From: Candidatus Adlerbacteria bacterium
GTDB lineage: Bacteria > Patescibacteriota > Minisyncoccia > Phycocordibacterales > SBAW01
NCBI GenBank assembly: GCA_029288895.1
Contig: JARIGK010000004.1
Location: 175,866-239,865, forward strand
Direction: 5' to 3'
DNA: 64,000 nucleotides
The notes under the pieces were generated by a model. The model did not search any database and was not told the DNA's origin. It was given only the letters and a program-made list of their open reading frames with translations. The translations under genes were made by a program, and so were the position numbers. This document shows, piece by piece, positions 1-11,076 of the stretch (the stretch's first letter is position 1; each line of letters begins with the position of its first letter).

Positions 1-185
1 CTACAAACTCCGTCACCATCCTCTTTAGACGCCCCAACCCTGATGCGGTATTTGCGACAGATATTCCAAGCGAGCAGTACACAAGCGCGTACGTACAAAT
101 ACGCTCACCTAACGGCACAACGCGCAGCGTGGTCGTTACCTCAGCAGGGCAGATCAGTGTGCAAGCCCCCGGAACATTGCCATGA
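1..185 (+). CDS. 3' end of a pilin-like protein (truncated by window edge)
   Basis: Frame from nt 3 is open (TNSVTILFRRPNPDA...GQISVQAPGTLP*). Its TGA overlaps the ATG of the next pilin gene (ATGA). Confidence 0.6.
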   Translation, partial: TNSVTILFRRPNPDAVFATDIPSEQYTSAYVQIRSPNGTTRSVVVTSAGQISVQAPGTLP

Positions 186-736
186 GACAGCGAGGCTTTA
201 CCTTAATTGAAATGCTCGTGTCGGTCGCCATCTTTTCGACGGTGATGGTGATTGCGCTTGGTTCGCTCTTGGCATTGTCCGAAGCAAACCGCAAAGCAGA
301 ATTGTTGTCGTCGGTGACGAACAACTTTAACTCGGCGATTGATAGTATGACGCGCGGTATGCGCACTGGCTCGCGTTATCATTGCGGCGGCGGCACATTG
401 ACTACAACCAATGACTGCGCGACGACGGGTTCTGGCCAATTCGCGTTCCTTTCTTCGTCGGGGCAGACGGTTGTCTACCAGCTGCAGACAACGGGGTGTG
501 CAAATAACACGGGGTGTATCATCCGTTCGACTGACGGCGGCGCAACGTATACGAGCATCACGTCGCCCGAAATTGTTGTGACCTCGCTGATGTTTTACGT
601 CTTGGGCTCGTCGAGCAGCGACGCGGTGCAGCCCAAAGTGGTAATGCTCGTGTCGGGCTATGCAACCATCAAGGGCCTTCAGCAAACCACATTCAACCTC
701 CAGACGTCCGTGACGCAACGCTTCTATGATCAATAA
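182..736 (+). CDS. Type IV pilin-like protein (prepilin N-terminal cleavage/methylation domain)
   Basis: Class III signal peptide MRQRG|FTLIEMLVSVAIF; several Cys in the globular domain. Confidence 0.9.
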   Translation: MRQRGFTLIEMLVSVAIFSTVMVIALGSLLALSEANRKAELLSSVTNNFNSAIDSMTRGMRTGSRYHCGGGTLTTTNDCATTGSGQFAFLSSSGQTVVYQLQTTGCANNTGCIIRSTDGGATYTSITSPEIVVTSLMFYVLGSSSSDAVQPKVVMLVSGYATIKGLQQTTFNLQTSVTQRFYDQ

Positions 737-1304
737 ACTAAAAAAACTCAAACAAGGCTTTACGCTGATCGAGACGCTCTTGGCGATTTTGATTTTGGCG
801 ACGGCGATTGCGGGCCCGATGTCGATTGCAGCAAAAGGGTTGCAGTTGGCGCTCATTTCCAAAGACCAGGTGATTGCGACATTTTTGGCACAAGATGCCA
901 TGGAGTACGTGCGTTTTATCCGCGACACAAACAAGTTGGCAGGTGCAACCGACTGGCTTGCGGGGGTTGATGGTACATCCAATGGCCATACGACAGATGC
1001 AAGCGGCGGGCAGGCGTCGTGTGTTGCGGGTAATGCCTGCATCGTCGACTCACTGGCCGACAAAGTTACCTACTGCGGCGCGTCGGTGGCGGCGTGTGCC
1101 TCAAACTATCTCTACTTCAACTCGAGCACCAACACGTACTCATACACATCGATTGGAAATACGCAGACTATATTCTCGCGCACGGTGCAAATTACTAATA
1201 GCACAACAGACGAGGCGCAAGTGACGGTAACCGTGCAATGGAAAGACGTCGGCGGTATCACGCGCTCTGTGGTGCTCCGCGAAAATATGCTCAACTGGCA
1301 ATAA
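726..1304 (+). CDS. Type IV minor pilin (PilV-like)
   Basis: KQG|FTLIETLLAILIL followed by ATFLAQDAMEYVR; overlaps the upstream pilin. Confidence 0.88.
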   Translation: MINKLKKLKQGFTLIETLLAILILATAIAGPMSIAAKGLQLALISKDQVIATFLAQDAMEYVRFIRDTNKLAGATDWLAGVDGTSNGHTTDASGGQASCVAGNACIVDSLADKVTYCGASVAACASNYLYFNSSTNTYSYTSIGNTQTIFSRTVQITNSTTDEAQVTVTVQWKDVGGITRSVVLRENMLNWQ

Positions 1305-1306
1305 GT

Positions 1307-1843
1307 ATGAAAAACAAAAACCGCGGCTTTACGATATTTTTTGCAACGCTTGTTGCGTCGTTGGCGCTGGCCATTGGGTTGGCTATCTATGACATAACGG
1401 TGCGCCAGCTCGACTTGTCGACCAATAGTATTCAGTCGCAGTATGCAATTTTTGCCGCGGACTCAGGCGCCGAGTGCGCGCTCTATTGGGATGCAAAGTA
1501 CAGCGGGGCGGGAAGTGCGTTTGCAACATCAAGCAACTCGACCCCGGTAACCTCCGGAGTCACGTGCGGCTCGCTTGATGTGGCGGCGCACGGTACGCCC
1601 CCTGTGCCATATCAAAACACTGTATCGAGCTGGGGTGTGTGGAATGTTGTGTCAGACGCCTCTACCGCAACCACCACCTTTACGATGTCGTTTACCGGGT
1701 TTACCTACTGTGCCGAGGTTGAGGTGGGGAAATATACGGACGCTTCGTCGGTCGTGCACACCACTATCCTTTCGCACGGATATAATACCTGCTACACCAA
1801 CACACAAAACCAGCTCGAGCGCGAGCTGAAGGTGAGCTATTAA
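1307..1843 (+). CDS. PilX-like minor pilin
   Basis: MKNKNRG|FTIFFATLV lacks Glu5; AIFAADSGAECALYWD motif; ATG at 1307. Confidence 0.8.
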   Translation: MKNKNRGFTIFFATLVASLALAIGLAIYDITVRQLDLSTNSIQSQYAIFAADSGAECALYWDAKYSGAGSAFATSSNSTPVTSGVTCGSLDVAAHGTPPVPYQNTVSSWGVWNVVSDASTATTTFTMSFTGFTYCAEVEVGKYTDASSVVHTTILSHGYNTCYTNTQNQLERELKVSY

Positions 1844-1859
1844 ATACGCCCTCGTGTAG

Positions 1860-3875
<2,016 letters not shown>

Positions 3876-3889
3876 TGTAGTATTGGAGG

Positions 3890-4183
3890 GTGATTTCGAA
3901 AGAAGAAATAGCCAAGCTGGCGGAGCTCTCAAGGATAGAGCTGAGTGATGCGGAAATGGAGTCCTTGCAAAAGGATATTTCTAATATTTTGGACTACGTG
4001 GGCCAAGTGAGCGCTGTTGAAGGCGCAGAAGAAAAAGAAGTAGGTTTGAACCACAACGTTATGCGCGACGATGTGCCGTACGACGAAGGCTCGGCGCTTA
4101 AAGCTGCCCGCGAGGATATTGTGAAAGCATTCCCCAAGAGCGAGCGCGACTATAACGTCGTGCGCAAGATAATTGAGAAGTAA
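3890..4183 (+). CDS. gatC: Asp/Glu-tRNA amidotransferase subunit C
   Basis: ISKEEIAKLAELSRIEL...ILDYV pattern; immediately upstream of gatA. Confidence 0.92.
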   Translation: MISKEEIAKLAELSRIELSDAEMESLQKDISNILDYVGQVSAVEGAEEKEVGLNHNVMRDDVPYDEGSALKAAREDIVKAFPKSERDYNVVRKIIEK

Positions 4184-4191
4184 GGATTGAT

Positions 4192-5610
4192 ATGAGCAGC
4201 GAACTAGCAAAACTTACTATTGCGGAGGCTTCGAAGAAACTTGCGGCAGGGGAGGTAACCTCTGTCGACTTGGTGCGCGCGTGCCTCGAAGAAGCACAAG
4301 CAAAAAACTCAGAGCTGAATGCATACTTGGAGATTTTTGCAGATGCAGAAGAGCAGGCGAAGATGGCAGACGCGAAGCGTGCAGAGTTGAAGGCTCGAGG
4401 CGAAGAAGCGCACCCATTGCTCGGTATTCCACTTGCAACCAAAGACAATATTTTAATCAAAGGCAAACATGCGTCGGCCTCGAGTAAGATGCTCGAGAAC
4501 TATGTTGCGTCGTACGACGCGACGGTCATTGCAAAATTGAAGGAAGCAGGTGCCGTCTTTGTTGGCCGCACCAACATGGACGAGTTTGCACTTGGGGGTT
4601 CCACAGAAAATTCGGCATTTGGCCCCACAAAAAATCCCTACGATACGTCGCGCGTCGCAGGCGGCACTTCAGGTGGCTCGGCCGCTGCAGTTGCTGCACG
4701 CATGGCGCTTGGGTCGCTTGGCACCGACACCGGTGGCTCGGTCCGCAACCCGGCAAGCTTTTGCGGCGTTGTGGGTTTGAAGCCTACCTACGGCGCAGTC
4801 TCGCGCTTTGGTGTTATTGCGGCAGTGTCGTCGTTTGACCAAGTTGGCCCAATTGCGAAAACAGTCGAAGACGCAGAACTTATCTTCAACACTATTCGCG
4901 GAAAAGATCCGCATGACTCAACTTCAATAGATGAAAGCATCTATACGAATGTTGCGAAGAATAAAAAAATTGGCGTACCGCGTGCATTGCTCAAAGAGGG
5001 TGTCGACAAGGATGTCCTCGCGGCATTTGAAGCGTCGCTTGAGAAATTGAAAGCAGCAGGGTACGAAATTGTTGATATTGAATTACTAAGCCTGCCCTTG
5101 GCGCTTGCCACCTATTACATCACCAACTTTGCCGAAGTATCATCAAACCTTTCGCGTTTTGACGGCGTGCGCTACGGGCTGTCGGTAAAGGGCGACTCGC
5201 TCTTGGGCGACTATGCTACAAGCCGCGCACAAGGCTTTGGCGCAGAGACTCGCCGCCGCATTATGCTTGGCACCTATGTCCTTTCTGCCGGCTACTACGA
5301 CGCCTACTACGGCAAAGCAGGCGCTGCGCGCGCGCAACTCCGCAAAGAATTTGAAGATGCACTAAAAGATGTCGAAGCGATTGCGACACCAACAATGCCA
5401 GGCACTGCATGGCGCGTAGGCGAAAAAGAAGATCCGCTTGCGGCATACTTGGCCGACATCTTTACCGTCACAGCAAACCTCACCGGCAACCCAGCTATCA
5501 GCGTGCCTATGGGCAACGTGAACACTCTGCCTGTTGGTATCCAGTTTACTGCGGCGCATGGCGACGAAGCTACACTCTTCCGCGTGGGGAAGGAGATAAC
5601 CGGCAACTAA
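4192..5610 (+). CDS. gatA: Asp/Glu-tRNA amidotransferase subunit A
   Basis: Amidase signature GGTSGGSAAAVA, GTDTGGSVRNPA; SRFDGVRYG; RRIMLGTYVLSAGYYDAYY. Confidence 0.97.
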   Translation: MSSELAKLTIAEASKKLAAGEVTSVDLVRACLEEAQAKNSELNAYLEIFADAEEQAKMADAKRAELKARGEEAHPLLGIPLATKDNILIKGKHASASSKMLENYVASYDATVIAKLKEAGAVFVGRTNMDEFALGGSTENSAFGPTKNPYDTSRVAGGTSGGSAAAVAARMALGSLGTDTGGSVRNPASFCGVVGLKPTYGAVSRFGVIAAVSSFDQVGPIAKTVEDAELIFNTIRGKDPHDSTSIDESIYTNVAKNKKIGVPRALLKEGVDKDVLAAFEASLEKLKAAGYEIVDIELLSLPLALATYYITNFAEVSSNLSRFDGVRYGLSVKGDSLLGDYATSRAQGFGAETRRRIMLGTYVLSAGYYDAYYGKAGAARAQLRKEFEDALKDVEAIATPTMPGTAWRVGEKEDPLAAYLADIFTVTANLTGNPAISVPMGNVNTLPVGIQFTAAHGDEATLFRVGKEITGN

Positions 5611-5641
5611 TTTTCGGCGTACAATAGGGAGGACAGTTTCT

Positions 5642-6223
5642 ATGTTTAGCCCCGACTTTTACGGATTCTTCAAAAATCTCTACGACATCAGCATGGGTAT
5701 CCCGACGGAGGCCCACGGGCTTTACCTTACGCTTTTGACGATTGCGAATGTTGTTACGATTGTGGGGCTCGCGCTTGCACTCATTTTGTTGATACTGATC
5801 GTGTATTTGAGCATCCGGCTTGAACATATGGAACACGCTGGCTTCCATCACTTGGAAATGGCCGAGCATATCCACCACGAAGCGCATGCAGCAGAGCATA
5901 CAGAGGTAAAGAATCCGCGCTGGGAAATGATCTCGACGCTCGCGGCATCAACAAACGAAGGCGATTGGCGCCGCGCAATTATCGATGCCGACATTATGCT
6001 GTCGGATATGCTGCGCGAAAAAGGGTATACAGGTGACACGCTGGGGGATCAGCTCAAGATGGCGAACCCGTTGCAGTTTACGACCATTGATATTGCGTGG
6101 GAGGCGCACCGCATGCGCAATGCACTGGCGCACTTAGGCGAAGCATTCCCGCTCTCTGAGCGTGACGCGCGCGCGACGATAGAACAGTACCGCCGGGTCT
6201 TTGAAGAGTTCGACTATATTTAA
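5642..6223 (+). CDS. Membrane-anchored hypothetical protein with His-rich linker and HEPN-like Rx4H motif
   Basis: One TM helix, His-rich stretch, AIIDADIML, AWEAHRMRNALAH. Confidence 0.7.
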   Translation: MFSPDFYGFFKNLYDISMGIPTEAHGLYLTLLTIANVVTIVGLALALILLILIVYLSIRLEHMEHAGFHHLEMAEHIHHEAHAAEHTEVKNPRWEMISTLAASTNEGDWRRAIIDADIMLSDMLREKGYTGDTLGDQLKMANPLQFTTIDIAWEAHRMRNALAHLGEAFPLSERDARATIEQYRRVFEEFDYI

Positions 6224-6241
6224 TTTTTTGAACGTATCGTG

Positions 6242-6312
6242 TTGCGGGGCCGGGATTTGCACCCGGGTCCCAAGGTTATGAGCCTTGTGAGGTACTACTC
6301 CTCCACCCCGCT
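6242..6312 (-). tRNA. tRNA-Met(CAT), probably initiator fMet
   Basis: Folds as AGCGGGG/CCCCGCA (A1xA72 mismatch), D stem GAGG/CCTC (A11-U24), anticodon arm CAAGG-CTCATAA-CCTTG, T arm CCGGG-TGCAAAT-CCCGG; no encoded CCA. Confidence 0.88.
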
Positions 6313-6390
6313 ATCTGTTGAAGCGTTGCCACTTCAGTAGTTTCGCTATTCTAGCAAAAAATCCATAAAAATGCTAGTTTGTGTTGTATT

Positions 6391-6467
6391 GTCGGGGTAG
6401 CTCAGATGGTTAGAGCGTAGCATTCATAACGCTAAGGTCGTGGGTTCGACTCCCACCCTCGACACCA
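6391..6467 (+). tRNA. tRNA with CAT anticodon (elongator Met; Ile2 not excluded)
   Basis: GTCGGGG...TAGCTCAGATGGTTAGAGC...TTCATAA...GGTTCGACTCC...GACACCA. Confidence 0.92.
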
Positions 6468-6516
6468 GTAGAGAAATTGCGCTATATGCGCTAGTATCTA
6501 CGATGTTCCGCAATAT

Positions 6517-6590
6517 GCGGGAGTAGCTCAACTGGTTAGAGCGCTGCCCTGTCACGGCAGAGGTTGCGGGTTCGAGTCCCGTCTCTCGCG
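6517..6590 (+). tRNA. tRNA-Asp(GTC)
   Basis: Anticodon arm CTGCC-CTGTCAC-GGCAG, GTTCGAGTC T loop, discriminator G; no encoded CCA. Confidence 0.95.
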
Positions 6591-6631
6591 CACTTCATCA
6601 ATACTTCTGGTAAGGCTGGGATACTGTGCGG

Positions 6632-7654
6632 ATGAAAATTGCACAGATTGCGCCCATTGTTGAGCGCGTCCCACCGAAGAAATACGGCGGCACCGAACGT
6701 GTAGTCCACGCCCTTGTAGAAGAGCTCGTGCGCCGCGGCCACGAGGTGACGCTGTTTGCCAGCGGCGACTCAGAAACATCCGCGACGCTGCATTCTGTCT
6801 ACCCGCGCGCCTTGCGTGATGCACGTATCGCCGATGTCTATGGTGCCAACTCGTGGACGCTCTTGAACATTGCGATGGCGTACGAGATGCAAGACGAGTT
6901 CGATATCATCCACGACCACACCATACCGTTGTCGCTTCCTACAGCCAACATTGCCACCACGCCTGTTGTTGCCACCATGCACGGGCCCTTTAGCGCCGCG
7001 AACCGCAGACTCTTCCAAACACTACGCGGCCCTGGCATTGTGAGCATTTCTGAATCACAAATATTTTCAGCGCCGGGCATCAACCACGTCGCAACCGTCT
7101 ACAACGGCTTGCCTATGGAACACTACCCGTTTGGCGAAACAGCAGGGGACTATTTGCTCTACGTCGGGCGTTTTTCGATGGAGAAGGGCGTACACTACGC
7201 CATCGAAGTTGCCGAGCAGCTCGACATGCCGCTTATCATTGCGGCAAAGCTCGACCCGGGCGACCAGGCGTATTTTCGAAATTATATCGAGCCTCGACTC
7301 TCGGACCGTGTGCGTTGGGTGGGCGAAGTCGACGAAGAGGAACGCAATAAATTAATGGCGGGTGCTAAATGCTTTTTGCACCCAGTGACGTGGCGTGAGC
7401 CGTTTGGCCTCACGTTGATAGAGGCGATGGCGTGCGGCTGCCCGGTTGTAGCATTTAACCGCGGCTCCATACCAGAAATTGTGCAGACAGGGGTGACGGG
7501 CTTTGTCGTCGAAGATACCGACTCGATGATCGATGCGGTGAGCGCCATCGGCGACATCAGCCGCGCCGCGTGCCGCGAACATGCGCTCTCAAAATTCAAT
7601 GTCAAAAATATGGCCGATGCGTACGAAGCGGTGTACCAAAAGATGGTGCCGTAA
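6632..7654 (+). CDS. Glycosyltransferase family 4 protein
   Basis: PPKKYGGTERVV, GRFSMEKG, EPFGLTLIEAMACG (EX7E). Confidence 0.93.
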   Translation: MKIAQIAPIVERVPPKKYGGTERVVHALVEELVRRGHEVTLFASGDSETSATLHSVYPRALRDARIADVYGANSWTLLNIAMAYEMQDEFDIIHDHTIPLSLPTANIATTPVVATMHGPFSAANRRLFQTLRGPGIVSISESQIFSAPGINHVATVYNGLPMEHYPFGETAGDYLLYVGRFSMEKGVHYAIEVAEQLDMPLIIAAKLDPGDQAYFRNYIEPRLSDRVRWVGEVDEEERNKLMAGAKCFLHPVTWREPFGLTLIEAMACGCPVVAFNRGSIPEIVQTGVTGFVVEDTDSMIDAVSAIGDISRAACREHALSKFNVKNMADAYEAVYQKMVP

Positions 7655-7709
7655 TTACTCCTAGTGCATACAACAGTAGTGAGCAGGTATACGCCATAGC
7701 TGGTAGACT

Positions 7710-8306
7710 ATGTACATGAATTGGCATGTTGCGCTCGCGGCCGTGGCTGCCATCATCAGTCTCTCTTCGCTTATCCCATATGTGCGCGACATTGTGCGCG
7801 GCACTACGCGTCCAAATACAATCACGTGGGGCTTATGGTTTTTTATTCAGGTGATAGCCATCGCTGCCCAGGTCCATGAAGGCGCTTCGTGGTCAATCGT
7901 GTTCGTCATCGTGGACGGAATAACTATTCTTGTGGTGCTTGGTTTCTCTATCGCAGGATATGGATATCGAGAGTGGAATATATTTGATGCATGCTGCGGT
8001 GTGTTGGGAGTTGTCGCAATTGTTGCGTGGCAAACGACAGGGGATGCAATACTCGCACTCATCTTTTCGATACTTGCCGATGGCCTTGCGGCTCTTCCGA
8101 CATTGCGCAAAGCATATACGGATGCGTGGTCAGAACATCCTTGGGGTTGGGCGCTGACTACTCTTGCGGCTACGCTAGGGTTAGCTTCCACCGCTCGCTA
8201 CAATCCAGCAAATATACTTTTCCCAGGCTATCTCATTGCAATTAATTTCCTGACCTTTGTATTCTCATTTCTTGGTAGAAAGGTTCAACCCAAACCGACA
8301 ATGTAA
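7710..8306 (+). CDS. Multi-pass membrane protein (PQ-loop/SWEET-like family, paralog 1)
   Basis: About 7 hydrophobic segments; PYVRDIVRGTTRPNTITWGLW and LPTLRKAY..AWSE motifs. Confidence 0.7.
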   Translation: MYMNWHVALAAVAAIISLSSLIPYVRDIVRGTTRPNTITWGLWFFIQVIAIAAQVHEGASWSIVFVIVDGITILVVLGFSIAGYGYREWNIFDACCGVLGVVAIVAWQTTGDAILALIFSILADGLAALPTLRKAYTDAWSEHPWGWALTTLAATLGLASTARYNPANILFPGYLIAINFLTFVFSFLGRKVQPKPTM

Positions 8307-8378
8307 TCCCCACAGTGTGTTTGGGAGGGGAGAAGTCGTGTAATACTTACGAGTGAAGCATTTATTTTTGCACTCACT

Positions 8379-9017
8379 ATGGTAAATCAACAACTTCTCG
8401 ACTATATAAAACAGCAATTGGCCGCCGGTGTTCAGAAGAACGACCTTATGAAAGCGTTGGCCGCGGGCGGATGGAATGCGATTGACGTCGGTGAAGCGTT
8501 TGCGGCGCTTACTCCCGCTCCAGCGACTCCTCCTTCAGCCATGCCTGTGCAACCGGCTTCGACTCCGGCTCCGCAACCTGTCCAACCTGCAGCGCCTGCG
8601 CAACCAATGGCGCCGCACACATCTCCTATCGTGCCGCCAGCAGTCACTATTACGCCAAACCCAGTCTCGACACCGATGACGCCAGCTGCGCCTATGGCGC
8701 CCATGGCACCTACATCGCCGCAAGTGTCTGCTGCTGCGATGGTTGCATCACAACCTGCGGCAAAAAGTTCAAACGCAGGACTCATCGTGTTGATCATCAT
8801 TTTACTTTTGATCTTGGCCGCAGGCGCTGCTGTCATCTTTGTCCCATCCTTAAACAACGCACTGCTCAACATGCTTGTGCCGCCAGTTGCACAGACCAAC
8901 GATACGTCTATGCAGCAGCCGCAACCGGCACCTGCTTCAACAGATACCACTCAAGTAACGGCGACTGCAACGACCACGCCGACTGTTTCTGGTACCGCCT
9001 CCACTACAGTCCACTAG
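8379..9017 (+). CDS. Hypothetical single-pass membrane protein with Pro/Ala-rich linker
   Basis: Small N-terminal helical domain (MVNQQLLDYIKQQL...GW), P/A/Q-rich linker, TM helix, Thr-rich tail. Confidence 0.75.
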   Translation: MVNQQLLDYIKQQLAAGVQKNDLMKALAAGGWNAIDVGEAFAALTPAPATPPSAMPVQPASTPAPQPVQPAAPAQPMAPHTSPIVPPAVTITPNPVSTPMTPAAPMAPMAPTSPQVSAAAMVASQPAAKSSNAGLIVLIIILLLILAAGAAVIFVPSLNNALLNMLVPPVAQTNDTSMQQPQPAPASTDTTQVTATATTTPTVSGTASTTVH

Positions 9018-9045
9018 GTGTTTGACTTTTATTTGGATTTGTTAG

Positions 9046-10335
9046 ATGAATAACCCCATGCGTAAAGGGGGATACCTGCCACCGTCAGTCTCGCGCTGGA
9101 AAGACCCGTTTTTGTTGTGCGCCACGATTGTGGGGGCCTATTGGGCATTCTCGCGCTTGGCGATTTCGGACACCGTATTGGCTATGTGCATCGTTATTGT
9201 GTCCATTGCGGTGATGGGTGTGCTTGAAGCGTTCCGAACGCACGTGCCCGCACATACGCACTCGCTCAAACAATCAATGTCGCATGCGCTCGTCACATGG
9301 GCGGGAACACTCGCAGGGCTTGGTTTTGTATTGTTTTTGTGGGGAACACTCACGACGTACTCAAGCTCGTACTACCAACCCTTTTTTCAAGTATTGCCAT
9401 TCTTCCTCGCGGCGTCGATTGTTCTAAGTTTCTTCTACGCTATTGTTGCGTCAAAAGTGCTCGGGCTGTATACGCACGGCGACTATCAACTGGGGCAGTT
9501 GGTGCTTGGGCGCGAAGTTAACTGGAAAGGTGTGCGCGACGCATTACTTGTGTGGGTTATCCGCGGATTTTTCTTGCCGATAAATTTTTGTGAATTGGTT
9601 AACACAATCGATGTCTTCCGCGGCCATGGCCTCTTTTTCTTGCAAGGCCCGTGGATGTCTGTCGAATATTACGTGCTCTTAATTGTCTACGGTTTTATCA
9701 TTGCAGCCGTCACGCCTGGCTATGTGTTTGGTGCGCGCCTCTTTGGCACGCATACACGCGACGTGAGCCACTCGTGGTTTGCGTGGGTTGTGACTCTCAT
9801 CTGCTATGCGCCGCTTGAGCTCGCCGTGTTTAAAGGATGGTTTAACTACAACCCCACGGCAGCGACTCCCGTATGGAACCAGCCGTGGGTAGTACATTTT
9901 GCCAACGCGCCAGTTGTGTTGGAAACCATAGGCGGGCTCCTCGTGTTAGTGTCGCTCGTGCACTTGTGGGGCGAAGCGCAGTTTGGCCTCCGCTCGTCCA
10001 ACATAAGCAACCGCGGCATCATTACGACGGGTGCGTATCGCTACACCAAGCACCCGGTGTACCTCACCAAATGTGTGGGATGGTTTTTAATCTGGCTGCC
10101 GTTTCTTTCAGGCGCTTCGTTTGTCGACAGCATGCGCCTGACATTCCTCTTCTTGTGCATCTGTGCGATATACGCGCTGCGCGCGCTGGCCGAAGAAGAA
10201 CTTTTGAGCGCGGACAAAGACTACGTGGCATATGCGCTGTGGATGGATGAACATGCGTGGACGAAAAAAATAGGGGAGATATTCCCCATCTTCCGCTACT
10301 CGTGGCGTCTGGTGCAGTGGGAAAAAGTGAGGTAA
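9046..10335 (+). CDS. Isoprenylcysteine carboxylmethyltransferase/PEMT-family membrane methyltransferase
   Basis: Multi-TM; C-terminal SNRGIITTGAYRYTKHPVY and RALAEEELL...DYVAY. Confidence 0.82.
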   Translation: MNNPMRKGGYLPPSVSRWKDPFLLCATIVGAYWAFSRLAISDTVLAMCIVIVSIAVMGVLEAFRTHVPAHTHSLKQSMSHALVTWAGTLAGLGFVLFLWGTLTTYSSSYYQPFFQVLPFFLAASIVLSFFYAIVASKVLGLYTHGDYQLGQLVLGREVNWKGVRDALLVWVIRGFFLPINFCELVNTIDVFRGHGLFFLQGPWMSVEYYVLLIVYGFIIAAVTPGYVFGARLFGTHTRDVSHSWFAWVVTLICYAPLELAVFKGWFNYNPTAATPVWNQPWVVHFANAPVVLETIGGLLVLVSLVHLWGEAQFGLRSSNISNRGIITTGAYRYTKHPVYLTKCVGWFLIWLPFLSGASFVDSMRLTFLFLCICAIYALRALAEEELLSADKDYVAYALWMDEHAWTKKIGEIFPIFRYSWRLVQWEKVR

Positions 10336-10348
10336 GTTGTAGGGTATC

Positions 10349-10424
10349 GCCGTTGTAGCTCAGTTGGTAGAGCAACGCCATGGTAAGGCGTAGGTCGGCA
10401 GTTCGATCCTGCCCAACGGCTCCA
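10349..10424 (+). tRNA. tRNA-Thr(GGT)
   Basis: GCCGTTG acceptor, ACGCC-ATGGTAA-GGCGT, CCA end. Confidence 0.95.
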
Positions 10425-10447
10425 GCTTCCAGAGATGGGAAGTGTAC

Positions 10448-10523
10448 GCCAGCGTAGCTCAGTTGGTAGAGCAGCGGTATCGTAAACCGCAGGTCGTCGG
10501 TTCAATCCCGACCGCTGGCTCCA
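10448..10523 (+). tRNA. tRNA-Thr(CGT)
   Basis: GCCAGCG acceptor, GCGGT-ATCGTAA-ACCGC, CCA end. Confidence 0.95.
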
Positions 10524-10544
10524 AAAAATAAAAAACCGCCTTAT

Positions 10545-11003
10545 TCAGGCGGTGTATCCCAAAAACTCTCTATACAATTTGCGGTGGAGGCCGAAGAAAT
10601 CTGGCATTGCATCGACAAGGTCGATAGGGAATTCCTGAGTTTCAAAAAACTCATCTTCATCTTTACCTGGAAATTTTTTTCCAGATAGGTCCCGAAGACG
10701 GCAATACGGAAGACGTGTTTTGTAGAAATACTGAAGATGAGGATTCGCTCCGTATACGGTATACGGTTTACGGACCTCTTCGATGCATACTTCGGGGTCG
10801 CCTCGGTTGGCGAGCCAAAAGCCACCTTCTTCCCACAGTGCGCGAATCACGGCGTCGATTTCGGACTCGCCTTCGTGCATCCCTTCGCCGATAAATTTCC
10901 ACGCATTCTCCGACTTCTTCAGATCTTTGATGAGCAACAGCGTGTCGGGCTGGCGGCTATAGATGGCGAGCATCATAACCGGGAGCCCAAAGTTTGTGTG
11001 CAT
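10545..11003 (-). CDS. NUDIX-like hydrolase (degenerate Nudix box)
   Basis: WKFIGEGMHEGESEIDAVIRALWEEGG; upstream SD AGAGGT. Confidence 0.7.
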   Translation of the reverse strand: MHTNFGLPVMMLAIYSRQPDTLLLIKDLKKSENAWKFIGEGMHEGESEIDAVIRALWEEGGFWLANRGDPEVCIEEVRKPYTVYGANPHLQYFYKTRLPYCRLRDLSGKKFPGKDEDEFFETQEFPIDLVDAMPDFFGLHRKLYREFLGYTA

Positions 11004-11076
11004 GTTTCACCTCTGTGCGCAAAATAGCAGAGAAGCATAGAAAGTCAATACTGTGATACAGTAGTGGCACGAATCT

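Noticed and set aside
6594-6625. Fourth copy of the TTCA-N7-TTCA box upstream of the GT4 gene
   Set aside because: The second half-site is TTCT and the spacing to the -10 is 11 rather than 12 nt; too weak to include.
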